Assembly (NCBI GenBank): GCA_905479295.1
Contig: CAJQLY010000005.1
Span: forward strand, 3,033-67,032
From: an uncultured Gammaproteobacteria bacterium
Lineage (GTDB): Bacteria; Pseudomonadota; Gammaproteobacteria; UBA4575
Reading direction: 5' to 3'
Length of the DNA: 64,000 bases
Positions 21,803 to 32,022 of the stretch are shown here, in pieces (position 1 is the stretch's first letter; each line of letters starts with the position of its first letter). The translations under genes were made by a program, and so were the position numbers. The notes below the pieces were generated by a model that made no database searches, was not told where the DNA came from, and saw only the letters and a list, made by a program, of their open reading frames with translations.

Positions 21803-23209
21803 CTATAAGTAGTCGCGCACATCGGCTAGGTGGCCGGCAATGCCAGCAGCTGCGGCCATCGCAGGACTTAATAAATGTGTACGTCCACCCTGTCCCTGAC
21901 GACCTTCAAAATTACGATTAGAGGTTGAGGCACAACGTTCACCAGCCTCCAATTGATCGGCATTCATGCCTAAACACATAGAACAGCCTGGCTCACGCCA
22001 TTCAAAACCTGCGGCCTTAAATATTTTATCCAACCCTTCTTTTTCTGCCTGTTGTTTAATCAAACCTGAACCCGGAACAATCAAGCCTAATTTGATGTTT
22101 TCTGCCAACTGTCGACCCTGCACAACAACGGCAGCGGCACGTAAATCTTCAATACGTGAATTGGTACAAGAACCAATAAAGACTTTATCAATAGTAATAT
22201 CTTTAACCGCCTGGCCCGCTTCTAACCCCATATAACGCAGGGCATTACGCATACCCTCTGCCTTACTATCACTACTTTCTTCTGCAGGATCAGGCACCAG
22301 CGCATCGACTGCGACCACCATCTCTGGCGATGTCCCCCAGCTGACTTGAGGTTTAAGTGCACTGACATCAATTGTAATCACCTTGTCAAAGTGCGCATCT
22401 GGATCTGACACCAGCTCACACCAACTGGCTTTTGCTTGTTCCCACTCGGCACCCTTAGGTGAAAACGGTCGGCCAGCAACATACTCTAAGGTGCGTTCAT
22501 CAACACCAATAATGCCGGCACGCGCACCCGCTTCAATTGCCATATTACAAATAGTCATACGACCTTCAATAGATAGATCTCGGATCGCAGAACCAGCAAA
22601 TTCAATCGTGTAGCCGGTACCACCTGCAGTACCAATCTCAGCAATCACCGCCAACACAAGATCTTTAGCGCTGATACCTGCTTGCAGCTCACCCTCTAAA
22701 TCCACACGCATAGAATTAGTCTTCTTCAATAAAAGACATTGCGTTGCAAGCACATGTTCAACTTCCGAGGTACCGATACCAAAAGCTAGTGCTGCTAAAG
22801 CACCATGGGTAGATGTATGAGAATCACCACAGACTATCGTCATACCCGGTAGGCTCGCGCCCTGCTCTGGGCCAATTACATGCACGATACCTTGACGGAT
22901 ATCATTCATCTCAAACTTCTGTAGATCAAAGGAACTGCAGTTTTCATCCAAGGCGGCTAATTGCTTACGTGAAACCGGATCTTCAATTTCTTGGTCACGC
23001 TTTGTGGTTGGCACATTATGATCTGGTACCGCTAATACCGAAGCCTTACGCCATGGTTGGCGGCCAGCCAGACGTAAGCCTTCAAAGGCCTGTGGTGAAG
23101 TCACCTCATGTACCAAATGGCGATCAATATAGATCAGGCTAGTGGCGTCTTCTTGTGTATGCACTACATGTGCATTCCATAATTTGTCGTACAGTGATAA
23201 TCCAGACAT
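21803..23209 (-). CDS. leuC: 3-isopropylmalate dehydratase large subunit
   Basis: ORF trimmed to the ATG at 23207-23209 ([16 protein letters not shown]). The longer ORF would overlap the aroC 3' end. Fe-S ligands are in VCGDSHT and CSMCLGMN. Confidence 0.96.
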   Translation of the reverse strand: MSGLSLYDKLWNAHVVHTQEDATSLIYIDRHLVHEVTSPQAFEGLRLAGRQPWRKASVLAVPDHNVPTTKRDQEIEDPVSRKQLAALDENCSSFDLQKFEMNDIRQGIVHVIGPEQGASLPGMTIVCGDSHTSTHGALAALAFGIGTSEVEHVLATQCLLLKKTNSMRVDLEGELQAGISAKDLVLAVIAEIGTAGGTGYTIEFAGSAIRDLSIEGRMTICNMAIEAGARAGIIGVDERTLEYVAGRPFSPKGAEWEQAKASWCELVSDPDAHFDKVITIDVSALKPQVSWGTSPEMVVAVDALVPDPAEESSDSKAEGMRNALRYMGLEAGQAVKDITIDKVFIGSCTNSRIEDLRAAAVVVQGRQLAENIKLGLIVPGSGLIKQQAEKEGLDKIFKAAGFEWREPGCSMCLGMNADQLEAGERCASTSNRNFEGRQGQGGRTHLLSPAMAAAAGIAGHLADVRDYL

Positions 23210-23228
23210 GTTCTTTAATCTTAGTTGC

Positions 23229-24329
23229 TTAATTCTTGGAGGCAGGGATATCAGGACACTCAGTGCTGACATCGGCATTTTGACCACGATGACGTAAGGC
23301 ATGATCTGCCAGTGTCAGGGCTAGCATCGCCTCAGCGATAGGCACAGCACGAATACCTACACAGGGGTCATGTCGGCCCGTGGTTGAGATTTCAGCATCC
23401 TTACCGTTTTGATCTACTGTCTGACCTGGAATACGGATGCTAGACGTTGGTTTGAGTGCAATCGATACCGATAAGTCCTGGCCAGAGCTAATACCACCTA
23501 AGGTACCGCCGGCATGATTGGAGTGGAAACCATCAGGCTCGATCGCGTCCCTATGCTCACTGCCGCGCTGCGTGACAGAATCAAAACCAGCACCAATCTC
23601 AACCGCCTTAACCGCATTGATCGACATCATACCCTTGGCGATATCGGCATCTAATCGATCAAAGATAGGTTCTCCCCATCCGACCTGCATAGAGGTTGCT
23701 GCCACGGTCAGACGTGCACCAATGGAATCGCCATCACGCCGTAGTTGTTCCATGAATTCAGCCAGCGCATCTAGCTTACTCACATCTGGAAAGAAAAATG
23801 GATTGTGATTAACACTAGCCCAGTCCATCTGCTCTGCCTTGATATCACCAATCTGTGATACACAGGCCTTGATCTCAGTGCCATAGCGCTGAAATAAGAA
23901 TTTCTTAGCAATCGCACCGGCTGCAACACGCATCGCCGTCTCACGAGCAGAAGAGCGGCCACCACCACGATAATCGCGAATGCCATATTTTTTGAAATAG
24001 GTGTAATCGGCATGACCAGGACGAAAGGTCTCAGCGATTTTGGAGTAATCACTGGATCGTTGATCTTGGTTACGAATCAGTAAGCCTATTGGGGTTCCAG
24101 TAGTCTTCCCTTCGAACACACCAGACATGATTTCAACTTCATCTGCCTCACGTCTTTGCGTCGTAAATTTGGATTGGCCTGGACGACGACGATCAAGATC
24201 AGGCTGCAAATCTGCTGCAGACAACTCAATTCCTGGAGGGCAGCCATCAACAATAGCGCCAATAGCAGGACCATGACTCTCACCAAATGAGGTCACTGTG
24301 AAAAGCATTCCAAAAGTATTTCCAGACAT
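23229..24329 (-). CDS. aroC: Chorismate synthase
   Basis: 366-aa ORF. The N-terminus (GNTFG...TSFGESHG) and GRHDPCV are canonical AroC signatures. Confidence 0.97.
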   Translation of the reverse strand: MSGNTFGMLFTVTSFGESHGPAIGAIVDGCPPGIELSAADLQPDLDRRRPGQSKFTTQRREADEVEIMSGVFEGKTTGTPIGLLIRNQDQRSSDYSKIAETFRPGHADYTYFKKYGIRDYRGGGRSSARETAMRVAAGAIAKKFLFQRYGTEIKACVSQIGDIKAEQMDWASVNHNPFFFPDVSKLDALAEFMEQLRRDGDSIGARLTVAATSMQVGWGEPIFDRLDADIAKGMMSINAVKAVEIGAGFDSVTQRGSEHRDAIEPDGFHSNHAGGTLGGISSGQDLSVSIALKPTSSIRIPGQTVDQNGKDAEISTTGRHDPCVGIRAVPIAEAMLALTLADHALRHRGQNADVSTECPDIPASKN

Positions 24330-24409
24330 ATCGTAAGGTTCTTTTATTAGTGATCATCAATTAAAGAAGATCGAACATAAGGTCAAAATGACCGTATTCA
24401 GTTACATAC

Positions 24410-25324
24410 CTACGTTGCGAATTGTTTACATTCTTGCGCCGTCAGTACACATACACCTTCACCACCATTTTCCAATGCCAACCACATGAACTGGGTATCG
24501 GCAAAGTATTGCTCTAAGGCATACGCCGACTCACCAACTTCTAGCACTAGCAAACCATCATCAGTCAAATGTCGACTAATAGAGGCAAGTATTTTTTTCG
24601 TCACATCCAAGCCATCACTACCCGAATACAGGGCATGTGCTGGCTCATGCTGATACTCAGTCGGTAACTCGCGCTGCTCTCGTTGTGGAACATAGGGCGG
24701 ATTGGCCAGAATAATATCATATTGACGCACCGGAATCTGTGCCCAAACATCAGATAACACTGTGCTAACGCGGTTTTGCAACTGGTGCGCCTGGATATTT
24801 TGTTCGGCCAATTGTAAGGCCTCTGGGTCGATATCCGTTAGTAGCACCTGCGCCTCAGGAAACTCTAAGGCCGCTAGAATACCTAGGCAGCCGCTGCCAC
24901 TACAGAGGTCCAAAATAGCACTCGGCTCTGCATTGGCCTCCCCAGCCCCCATCCACCAAGGAAAGAAGCGCTCTTGAATCAAACTGGCTATTGGTGAGCG
25001 TGGCACCAACACATGTTCATTAACGATGAATTTATAGCCAGCTAGCCAAGTTTCACCTAGTAGGTAGACCAAGGGCTTACGTTCTTCGATTCGCTGTTGT
25101 AACAAGCCAGCAATTTCTTCACGCTGACGGTCTGTGACGCTTAATCCAGCCTCATAGGGGTCGAAATCCGGTGGCAATCGCAGGGTAAAGCTGACAAGAT
25201 ATGCGGCCTCATCCAGTGCCGTTTCCATACCGTGACCATAGCTGAGATTAGACTGCTCTAAGGCCGTTGTAATCTCATTAATCAGGTCTGGGACTGTTGT
25301 ACTTTTGAGGATCAATGCATGCAC
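24410..25324 (-). CDS. prmB: 50S ribosomal protein L3 glutamine N5-methyltransferase
   Basis: 304-aa ORF with a SAM-binding segment (LDLCSGSGCLG) and an NPPY motif (ILANPPYV). It is adjacent to aroC as in E. coli. Confidence 0.9.
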   Translation of the reverse strand: MHALILKSTTVPDLINEITTALEQSNLSYGHGMETALDEAAYLVSFTLRLPPDFDPYEAGLSVTDRQREEIAGLLQQRIEERKPLVYLLGETWLAGYKFIVNEHVLVPRSPIASLIQERFFPWWMGAGEANAEPSAILDLCSGSGCLGILAALEFPEAQVLLTDIDPEALQLAEQNIQAHQLQNRVSTVLSDVWAQIPVRQYDIILANPPYVPQREQRELPTEYQHEPAHALYSGSDGLDVTKKILASISRHLTDDGLLVLEVGESAYALEQYFADTQFMWLALENGGEGVCVLTAQECKQFAT

Positions 25325-25526
25325 CTACTTACCATTAGCGTGATACGTTTTATTTTGCGTCAGCGTGAACGAAATGGAAGCCCTAAGATGATGGGGCGAC
25401 CCAAATGGATTCGATCCGGTGTGCGCGAGTCGATAGAGTGTAACCGTATTCCACAGAGGTGAGAATTTTTCGTTTTATTGTCGCAATCCAATCAATAATC
25501 AACGAAGATCTGATTCAGTAGAAATT

Positions 25527-26165
25527 ATGCAAAACTCAAAAAACATAGTAATCGCCCTACTAGCACTCTCAATCCCCTTAGTGCTAGGTATCTATTTTGC
25601 GAATAAGAGTGACCCAATGGTCAGCCCTGAACTGATTAATGCTAGCTACCTACTCGACCAGCAGGTCGCCATTGCCGACTTCAATTTAATCGATCAGAAC
25701 AAACAGGCTTTTACAGCAGAACAGATCAAAGGCGAATGGACTTTCTGGTTCTTTGGCTTTACTCATTGCCCTGATATTTGTCCATTTACCATGGGCACCT
25801 TAAGCGCTGTCATGCAGATGCTAAAACAAGAGCATGACATCGATAATATACGCACAGTCTTTGTCTCAGTAGACCCACTGCGCGACACGCCTGAACGTAT
25901 GAAAAGCTATCTAGAGACCTTTGGTAATGAAGTGATTGGCGTTAGCAGCACAGAACCAGAACTTGCTACCTTCATTAAAAACATGGGTATAGTTGCAAAG
26001 CTGCCTAAAGCGGTTAATGCAAATGACAACTACGATGTCATGCATAGCAGCTCGATTTATCTAATCGCACCAAATAACGCAATCGCAGCCCTACTGAGAA
26101 CGCCCCATTCGGTCGATGATATCGTTTATAATTTCCAACAAGTGCACTCAAACTACTCAAAATGA
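25527..26165 (+). CDS. SCO1/SenC-family copper chaperone (thioredoxin fold)
   Basis: 212-aa ORF with an N-terminal TM anchor, the CxxxC motif FGFTHCPDICP and a downstream conserved His (MHSS). Confidence 0.88.
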   Translation: MQNSKNIVIALLALSIPLVLGIYFANKSDPMVSPELINASYLLDQQVAIADFNLIDQNKQAFTAEQIKGEWTFWFFGFTHCPDICPFTMGTLSAVMQMLKQEHDIDNIRTVFVSVDPLRDTPERMKSYLETFGNEVIGVSSTEPELATFIKNMGIVAKLPKAVNANDNYDVMHSSSIYLIAPNNAIAALLRTPHSVDDIVYNFQQVHSNYSK

Positions 26166-27244
26166 ATAAAGAATACGCTAGCTCTTGGGAACGCGTGAAA
26201 GCCGCAATCTTTCATCTTTTCCCACATCACTTCTTATCTCGCTGTACCTATTGGATTACACGCCAAAGAGGATTTTGGGTGGCATCGTTAATTCGTAGCT
26301 TTATTAAGTTTTTCAAGGTTGATTTAAGTGATGCTGAAATCGATCAAGTCGAAGGCTATACCACCTTTAACCAATTTTTTACCCGAAACCTAAAAGATGG
26401 CACGCGCCCAATTGATGATGATAACGACGTCATCAGCTCACCCTGTGATGGTCGTATCAGTCAGTTTGGTGCAATCGATAATCGACAAATGATTCAAGCC
26501 AAGGGTAAATACTACTCACTGAATGACTTCTTCACCTCAGCCTGTAGTCATACTGAAAAATTTATCGATGGCCAGTTCATGACTATCTATCTCTCACCAC
26601 GTGATTACCACCGGGTACATATGGCCTGTGATGCTCGTCTGTTAGAGATGGTCTATGTGCCAGGCCGCTTATTTAGTGTGGCGCCTTACGCACCGAAAGC
26701 GATTGAAAAGGTCTTTGCTAAAAACGAACGTGTTGTCTCGATCTTTGAAGTGGAAGGTGGCTACATGGCTGCAACCATGGTCGGCGCCGTCAATGTTGCC
26801 GCCATAGATATGGCTTGGCACGGCATGGTCACACCACCACATATGAATCTAACAGCACGCTATGACTACCAGAATGAAGACATTACCTTAAACAAAGGTG
26901 ATGAGATGGGCACTTTCAATATGGGCTCCACTGTTGTCCTTTGTTTCTCCAAAGGTTGCTACTCACCACTAGCAGCACTCGCAACAGAACTAGGCTTAAA
27001 GATGGGCGAAACCATCGGTCATAATTCAGAACAAGCAGCGGCTAATGCCGCAGCCAAAGCGACGCCAGAAGTTGTAGCAGAAGATAAAGTAGAATCTGAA
27101 GTGGAAATTGAAACCACAGAAGAAGTCACAACCAGCGCTGAAGTAGAGACAGAAGTTGAAGTAGAAGAGCAGACCTCAGCACCAGTAGATTACATCACTA
27201 CTCCTGCTAACGACTCAGACACTGCAGACAGCAACAAACCATAA
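26162..27244 (+). CDS. psd: Phosphatidylserine decarboxylase proenzyme with extended acidic C-terminal tail
   Basis: 360-aa ORF with the self-cleavage motif in FNMGSTVVL and the conserved YHRVH. It overlaps the SCO gene by 4 nt. Confidence 0.93.
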   Translation: MNKEYASSWERVKAAIFHLFPHHFLSRCTYWITRQRGFWVASLIRSFIKFFKVDLSDAEIDQVEGYTTFNQFFTRNLKDGTRPIDDDNDVISSPCDGRISQFGAIDNRQMIQAKGKYYSLNDFFTSACSHTEKFIDGQFMTIYLSPRDYHRVHMACDARLLEMVYVPGRLFSVAPYAPKAIEKVFAKNERVVSIFEVEGGYMAATMVGAVNVAAIDMAWHGMVTPPHMNLTARYDYQNEDITLNKGDEMGTFNMGSTVVLCFSKGCYSPLAALATELGLKMGETIGHNSEQAAANAAAKATPEVVAEDKVESEVEIETTEEVTTSAEVETEVEVEEQTSAPVDYITTPANDSDTADSNKP

Positions 27245-27257
27245 CGGTTTGCTCTAG

Positions 27258-28208
27258 CTATAACGCCGACCAAGGAAAAGGTAGCAACTGATCCAGGCTC
27301 TCTACCTGTGCCGCAATCAAATGCACACGGTCTAGGCCTAAGGCAACACCAGCACAGGCTGGTAAACCTTGCTGCAGGGCTGCAATAAATGTCTCATCGA
27401 TAGCTACCGCTGGCAGACCCTGCTGTGAACGTATCTGCACATCCTGCTGAAACCGTTGTCGCTGTTCCTCAGCATCACGCAGCTCCAAAAACCCATTGGC
27501 CAACTCAAAACCACCAGCAAATATCTCAAAACGTTCTGCCAGTTGTGCATCAGCTTGTGACAGCTGCGCTAAACTCGCCTGCTCTGCTGGGTAGTATTCA
27601 ACGATATGAATCACATCCTGAGGCAGGCATGCGACTACCCCCTGATCAAAGATAAAATCATATAAAGCGGCTCTAGGTAGCTTATCGGCAGCTACCAACC
27701 CCTGCTTTGTTGCTAGTTGAATCAAGGATTGTAGACTTTGTTCAATCAAGTCTAAGCCCAACATCTGCTGACATGCTGCACGATAAGAGATGCGCTGGAT
27801 CGGTAAGCTAATCTCTCGTATCAGCAGTAACTGCTGCACCAGCTCGGCCGTCTCTTGCGAAATCTGCGCTAAATCAAATTCCCGTCGATACCATTCAATT
27901 AGCGTGAATTCAGGGTTATGCCGGGCACCCGCCTCGGCTTGGCGAAAGGCCTTTGTGATCTGATAAATATCAGGCGCACCATCGACTAATAGGCGCTTCA
28001 TAAAAAATTCAGGCGAGCTTTGTAGGTAACGTGGTGGCTTATTGTCATCAGCTACGACAAAAGACTGAATATTAGGATCGGTGACTGCAGTCGCACCCAA
28101 CACTGGCGTTTCGACTTCAAGTACTGAACGTTGCGCAAAGAAACTACGGACAGCAGCTAATAGCTCTGCCCGCAGCTTTAAGGTTTTGATTAACCCTGAC
28201 TGAGACAC
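27258..28208 (-). CDS. epmA: EF-P lysine-34 lysyltransferase (LysRS paralogue)
   Basis: 316-aa ORF resembling a class II aaRS catalytic core (FRQAEAGARHNPEFTLIEWY; GVALGLDR). It is adjacent to efp. Confidence 0.9.
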   Translation of the reverse strand: MSQSGLIKTLKLRAELLAAVRSFFAQRSVLEVETPVLGATAVTDPNIQSFVVADDNKPPRYLQSSPEFFMKRLLVDGAPDIYQITKAFRQAEAGARHNPEFTLIEWYRREFDLAQISQETAELVQQLLLIREISLPIQRISYRAACQQMLGLDLIEQSLQSLIQLATKQGLVAADKLPRAALYDFIFDQGVVACLPQDVIHIVEYYPAEQASLAQLSQADAQLAERFEIFAGGFELANGFLELRDAEEQRQRFQQDVQIRSQQGLPAVAIDETFIAALQQGLPACAGVALGLDRVHLIAAQVESLDQLLPFPWSAL

Positions 28209-28235
28209 AATAGGGTCCTCAGTTTACTAAAGGAC

Positions 28236-28808
28236 TTAGCTGTCTTTTGCACGAGAGACGTATTCACCACTACGTGTATCGATTCTAATACTTTCACCTT
28301 GATCAACGAACAAGGGCACTCGTACCATCGCACCAGTCTCTAGGTAGGCAGGCTTAATACCACCGGTCGCGGTATCACCTTTCAGACCTGGGTCAGTTTC
28401 CACGATCTTCAGCTCAACGAAATTAGGTGGCTGAATCGATAATGGTGCGCCGTTATAAAGGGTAACAACACAGATATCCTGTTCCTTAAGCCATAAAGCC
28501 GCATCACCCACCGCCACTTTGTTTGCAGCATGCTGCTCAAAGGTGTTCTGATCCATAAAGTGCCAATCTTCACCATCGGCATACAGATATTGCATATCAA
28601 CTTCCATCACATCGGCCGCATCCACACTATCGCCTGACTTAAAAGTCTTATCGACCACACGGCCAGTCTTTAAGTTACGAATTTTGACCCGACTAAAGGC
28701 TTGGCCTTTACCTGGTTTAACTAAAATATTTTCAACGATGGTATAAGGATCACCATCGAGCATAATCTTCAGACCAGAACGGAATTCGTTTGTGTTATAA
28801 CCTGCCAT
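28236..28808 (-). CDS. efp: Elongation factor P
   Basis: ORF trimmed to the ATG at 28806-28808 ([15 protein letters not shown]). The modified-lysine loop VKPGKGQAF is present. Confidence 0.96.
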   Translation of the reverse strand: MAGYNTNEFRSGLKIMLDGDPYTIVENILVKPGKGQAFSRVKIRNLKTGRVVDKTFKSGDSVDAADVMEVDMQYLYADGEDWHFMDQNTFEQHAANKVAVGDAALWLKEQDICVVTLYNGAPLSIQPPNFVELKIVETDPGLKGDTATGGIKPAYLETGAMVRVPLFVDQGESIRIDTRSGEYVSRAKDS

Positions 28809-28841
28809 GAGTTTGCAACCGATATTTAAAAAAGAGACGTC

Positions 28842-29867
28842 ATGATACCGCGCAAAGCCGTAGCAGAACATACTCCGATCTGGAAAAAAGAATTCGCTAG
28901 CAGTTTGCACCTAGCCGAATTGGTTAAAAGTGCTAAAAGCAAAGACACATTAGTCCTAAATAATAATGTGACAGAGTTAAACGCGATTGATAGCGCCTTC
29001 CCAATCCGCATCAACTCAGCACTGATTCAGCGCTTAGACCATAGCGACGAAGACACACGTGAGCGTGTCTTACGCCAATACCTACCACATGTCGATGAAC
29101 TCAAACTAAGCCCAAACGAACTGCAAGACCCAGTGGGTGATGTGGTCGCGAGCAAGACACAGGGCCTAATCCACAAATACCAACATCGTGTCTTACTGAT
29201 TACCAGCGACACCTGCCCTATCCACTGCCGCTATTGTTTTCGGCGTGACTACCCCTACCCACAAACCAATAGCCAGCAAATCGAAGCGCGTTGGGGTGAA
29301 GCCCTAGACTACATCCGCGCTGATCAAAGCCTGAATGAAGTCATCCTCAGCGGTGGCGACCCCTTAAGCCTTGACGATGAAAAGCTAGCGCAGTTGATCC
29401 ATGCCTTAGAGGCAATAGACCACATAAAGACCCTACGTCTGCACACTAAATACCCATCGATCATGCCGAGCCGCATCACGCCTGAGCTGATCCAGACCTT
29501 AAGCAGCAGTCGTTTTGATGTTGTCATAGTGCTACACATCAACCATGCCGCCGAACTCAGTAAAGAGCTAAGCACTGCCGTCAGTAATGTGCGAACAGCC
29601 GGCATCCACTGCCTCAATCAATCGGTTCTACTACAAGGCGTCAACGATGACATCGACTGCCTAGAACAACTCTCGCGGAAACTCTTTACAGCAGGCATCT
29701 TGCCCTACTACCTACACCTACTTGATCGCGCCAAAGGCACCGCCCATTTTGAAGTTAGCCAGCAACGTGCTGACGAACTCATGCAAGCAATGAAACAACG
29801 ACTACCGGGTTATCTCGTACCCAAGCTAGCGAGAGAAATCGCTGGTGCTGACAGTAAGCAGTATTAG
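28842..29867 (+). CDS. epmB: EF-P beta-lysylation protein (lysine 2,3-aminomutase-like radical SAM enzyme)
   Basis: 341-aa ORF with the radical-SAM motif [11 protein letters not shown]. It is divergent from efp. Confidence 0.9.
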   Translation: MIPRKAVAEHTPIWKKEFASSLHLAELVKSAKSKDTLVLNNNVTELNAIDSAFPIRINSALIQRLDHSDEDTRERVLRQYLPHVDELKLSPNELQDPVGDVVASKTQGLIHKYQHRVLLITSDTCPIHCRYCFRRDYPYPQTNSQQIEARWGEALDYIRADQSLNEVILSGGDPLSLDDEKLAQLIHALEAIDHIKTLRLHTKYPSIMPSRITPELIQTLSSSRFDVVIVLHINHAAELSKELSTAVSNVRTAGIHCLNQSVLLQGVNDDIDCLEQLSRKLFTAGILPYYLHLLDRAKGTAHFEVSQQRADELMQAMKQRLPGYLVPKLAREIAGADSKQY

Positions 29868-29873
29868 CTAGTC

Positions 29874-30131
29874 ATGGACTGGACCGTTTATATACTGCGC
29901 TGCGCCGATGGCACGTTATATACCGGCATTAGCAATCGACTAGAACAACGGCTGGCAGCGCATACGGCAGGCACCGGTGCTAAATACACCCGTGGTCGTG
30001 GGCCTTTTGAATTGATCTATTGCGAACAACACGCATCACGTGCAACCGCGAGTCAACGTGAGCATGCAATTAAGGGATTAAAGCGCGAACAGAAACTCGC
30101 CTTGAGTGAAACTAAGTGGGACAGGCCTTAG
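29874..30131 (+). CDS. Small GIY-YIG nuclease-family protein (UPF0213/YhbQ-like)
   Basis: 85-aa ORF with a VYILRC...GTLYTGIS (GIY...YxG) N-terminus and a conserved Arg/Glu core. Confidence 0.85.
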   Translation: MDWTVYILRCADGTLYTGISNRLEQRLAAHTAGTGAKYTRGRGPFELIYCEQHASRATASQREHAIKGLKREQKLALSETKWDRP

Positions 30132-30397
30132 ATTAGTTACTCATGCCAACAATTAACCAAGTTTGATTTCTTCCAATCATTCAAACCCATGTCCTGCCTT
30201 TATTAATCACTTGCCTGACGACAGAGAATAGCCTTCATCTCGTCTAACAATTTTTTATCTTTGCTGTTATTATTTATTTTTATGCAATTATTAGTTTAAT
30301 TAACTTAAATGCCAGAATTGATATTAACCTGATTATAGCTTGCATACCCAATATTTAGGCAATAACGCCTTATACTAAATGTTAGGTGAAAAATAAA

Positions 30398-30994
30398 ATG
30401 AGCCCAGAAGAAATAAAGCAAATTGTGGAGTCTGTAATCCAAGACGGACTTGGGTTTATATGGTGGCATTATTTAATTGTGGTGATTCTAATATGTGGCA
30501 GCTTTTTTATTGAGGCTTATTTTAAGCGAAAAGGTCAAGATTTAGCTACGAGAGAAAATATTGAAGACTTAACGTCTCTTGTAGAAAGCGTTAAGAAAGA
30601 CATCCGTGATAATGAGTCAATTGCTCAAGCAAAGCGCCAAATGATGCCTGCCTTGAAGCATTGTCAGTTATTGATTCTTTTTTCTCTCACTTTTTCACAG
30701 ACCCCAAGCCTACTCCACAACTAGTAAACTCTTCAAAGGCACGAGAGGCACATAGCAAACTAATATTAGCTTGTGATAATTATAAAATTGTTGAGCTTTA
30801 TAACGAGATTTTGTGCGGTCCAATCGAAGGGGAACAACGTGCTGCACCAACAGGTCAACTTAATGAGTTGCGAAACTTAATTCGGGGGGGGATTAGGTTT
30901 TGGTAACGACGTAAATTTAAATCGCGACCGAGCTTGGTTAGGGAAAGTAGTAGGTGACCCTAATAACCTAAAATCTGACGATGCAACCACCTAA
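30398..30994 (+). pseudogene. Orphan single-pass membrane protein gene disrupted by two compensating frameshifts (about 198 aa if repaired)
   Basis: An AGGTGA Shine-Dalgarno lies 8 nt before ATG 30398. Frame 2 runs to stop 30724. Frame 1 is open 30616-30906. Frame 2 reopens after the G8 run and is open from 30890 to TAA 30992-30994. A TM helix (FIWWHYLIVVILICGSFFI) lies near the N-terminus. I recognise no known motif. Confidence 0.5.
30884..30891 (+). repeat. G8 homopolymer at the second frameshift point
   Basis: The run was counted directly (ttcGGGGGGGGatt). With G7 the reading frame continues for 34 more codons to 30994. Confidence 0.9.
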
Positions 30995-31097
30995 CAAGGA
31001 TTTTCAAGGCGGACAAATTACAGTTGGCTTTTTGTTCGTGCCTCACTTATTTTAGCCAACTGCAATTTGCCGCTTAAAACGGCGTTACGCGTTAGTC
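30989..31097. other. attC-like element: ACCTAAC box, long bulged palindrome (arms 31006-31029 / 31054-31075), tandem GTTACGC and GTTAGTC boxes
   Basis: The arms are AAGGCGGACAAATTACAGTTGGCT and AGCCAACTGCAATTTGCCGCTT. They pair over about 20 bp, with two unpaired left-arm bases (G, A) and one mismatch, around a 24-nt centre. The outer boxes fit RYYYAAC and roughly GTTRRRY. The structure is directly visible. The attC interpretation is inference. Confidence 0.35.
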
Positions 31098-31100
31098 GAC

Positions 31101-31991
31101 CTAATCACTCATATTACGTAACGCAGCGATGCGCTGATCTAGTGGCGGGTGTGACATCAGCAGTTTTTTCAAGCCCATGCCCATACCGCCACGAATACCG
31201 AAGGCGGCGAGTTGACCGGGTAGTTCTTCTGGGGTTTGGTCGCCTTGTAATCGTTGCAATGCAGCAATCATATTCTCTCGACCCGCTAGCTTTGCACCAC
31301 CGGCATCGGCATGGAATTCGCGGCGTCTAGAGAACCAGCTGGCAATCATCGCAGCAACTATTCCCAAGACAATTTCAGCGACGATGCTACCTATCCAGTA
31401 GCCTGGGCCGATGCCTCGTTGAATCTTAAAGACGACACGGTCGATGAGCATGCCAATAATGCGAGAAAAGAGGATAACAAAGGTATTCAATACACCTTGC
31501 AGCAGTCCCATGGTGACCATATCACCGTTAGCAACATGACTGACTTCATGTGCCAGTACGGCTTCAACTTCTTTCTCAGTCATCGCCTGTAATAGCCCCG
31601 TACTGACGGCAACTAAGGCGTTATTTTTATTCATGCCGGTGGCGAAGGCATTCGGTTGTGGTGATTGAAATATACCCACTTCCGGCATGCCGATATTGGC
31701 GGCCTTGGCCTGTGCTGCCACGGTCTCTAGTAACCAACGTTCGTTGTCATTACTCGGCTGCTGGATGGTCTGCACGCCCATACTTCTACGTGCCATCCAT
31801 TTAGATATGGCGAGAGAGATGAAAGAGCCACCGAAGCCAAATAATAAAGACATCAGCACCAGCCCATTTAACTGCCCAGCCATACCCTGCTGTGCCAGCC
31901 AATGCTCTAGGCCAAAAACACGTGATGAAATACTCAGTACCGTCAGCACACCAAAGTTGGCCGCTAAAAACAAAGCAATGCGAGAAAACAT
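31101..31991 (-). CDS. htpX: Heat-shock membrane zinc metalloprotease HtpX (M48)
   Basis: 296-aa ORF with TM segments, the HExxH motif HEVSHVANGD and a downstream conserved EFHAD. Confidence 0.95.
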   Translation of the reverse strand: MFSRIALFLAANFGVLTVLSISSRVFGLEHWLAQQGMAGQLNGLVLMSLLFGFGGSFISLAISKWMARRSMGVQTIQQPSNDNERWLLETVAAQAKAANIGMPEVGIFQSPQPNAFATGMNKNNALVAVSTGLLQAMTEKEVEAVLAHEVSHVANGDMVTMGLLQGVLNTFVILFSRIIGMLIDRVVFKIQRGIGPGYWIGSIVAEIVLGIVAAMIASWFSRRREFHADAGGAKLAGRENMIAALQRLQGDQTPEELPGQLAAFGIRGGMGMGLKKLLMSHPPLDQRIAALRNMSD

Positions 31992-32022
31992 CTCTACTCC
32001 TTAACCTTCATCTATCTATTCT

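Noticed and set aside
23210-23302. An upstream extension of the leuC ORF adds 31 codons that overlap the aroC 3' end.
   Set aside because: The conserved LeuC N-terminus ([16 protein letters not shown]) starts at the internal ATG 23209. The extension has no homology-like features and overlaps aroC.
25393-25440. GGGGCGACCCAAATGGATTCGATCCGGTGTGCG in the prmB/SCO intergenic region resembles the 5' end of tmRNA (E. coli GGGGCTGATTCTGGATTCGACGGGATTTGCG).
   Set aside because: Only about 130 nt remain before the well-supported SCO start at 25527. There is no 3' tRNA-like half (T-arm plus ACCA) and no tag ORF ending in a hydrophobic (A)LAA-type C-terminus. It is most likely a chance match or part of a 5' UTR.
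28809-28910. An upstream extension of the efp ORF adds 34 codons.
   Set aside because: The canonical EF-P N-terminus ([15 protein letters not shown]) begins at ATG 28808. The extension would collide with the divergent epmB start region.
30242-30387. GTCTAAC (30242-30248) and GTTAGGT (30381-30387) fit the R'' and R' consensus and could form a second attC site upstream of the orphan ORF.
   Set aside because: I could not find convincing complementarity between the two boxes. The interval is extremely AT-rich, so such heptamers arise by chance. GTTAGGTGA also doubles as the Shine-Dalgarno (AGGTGA) for ATG 30398.
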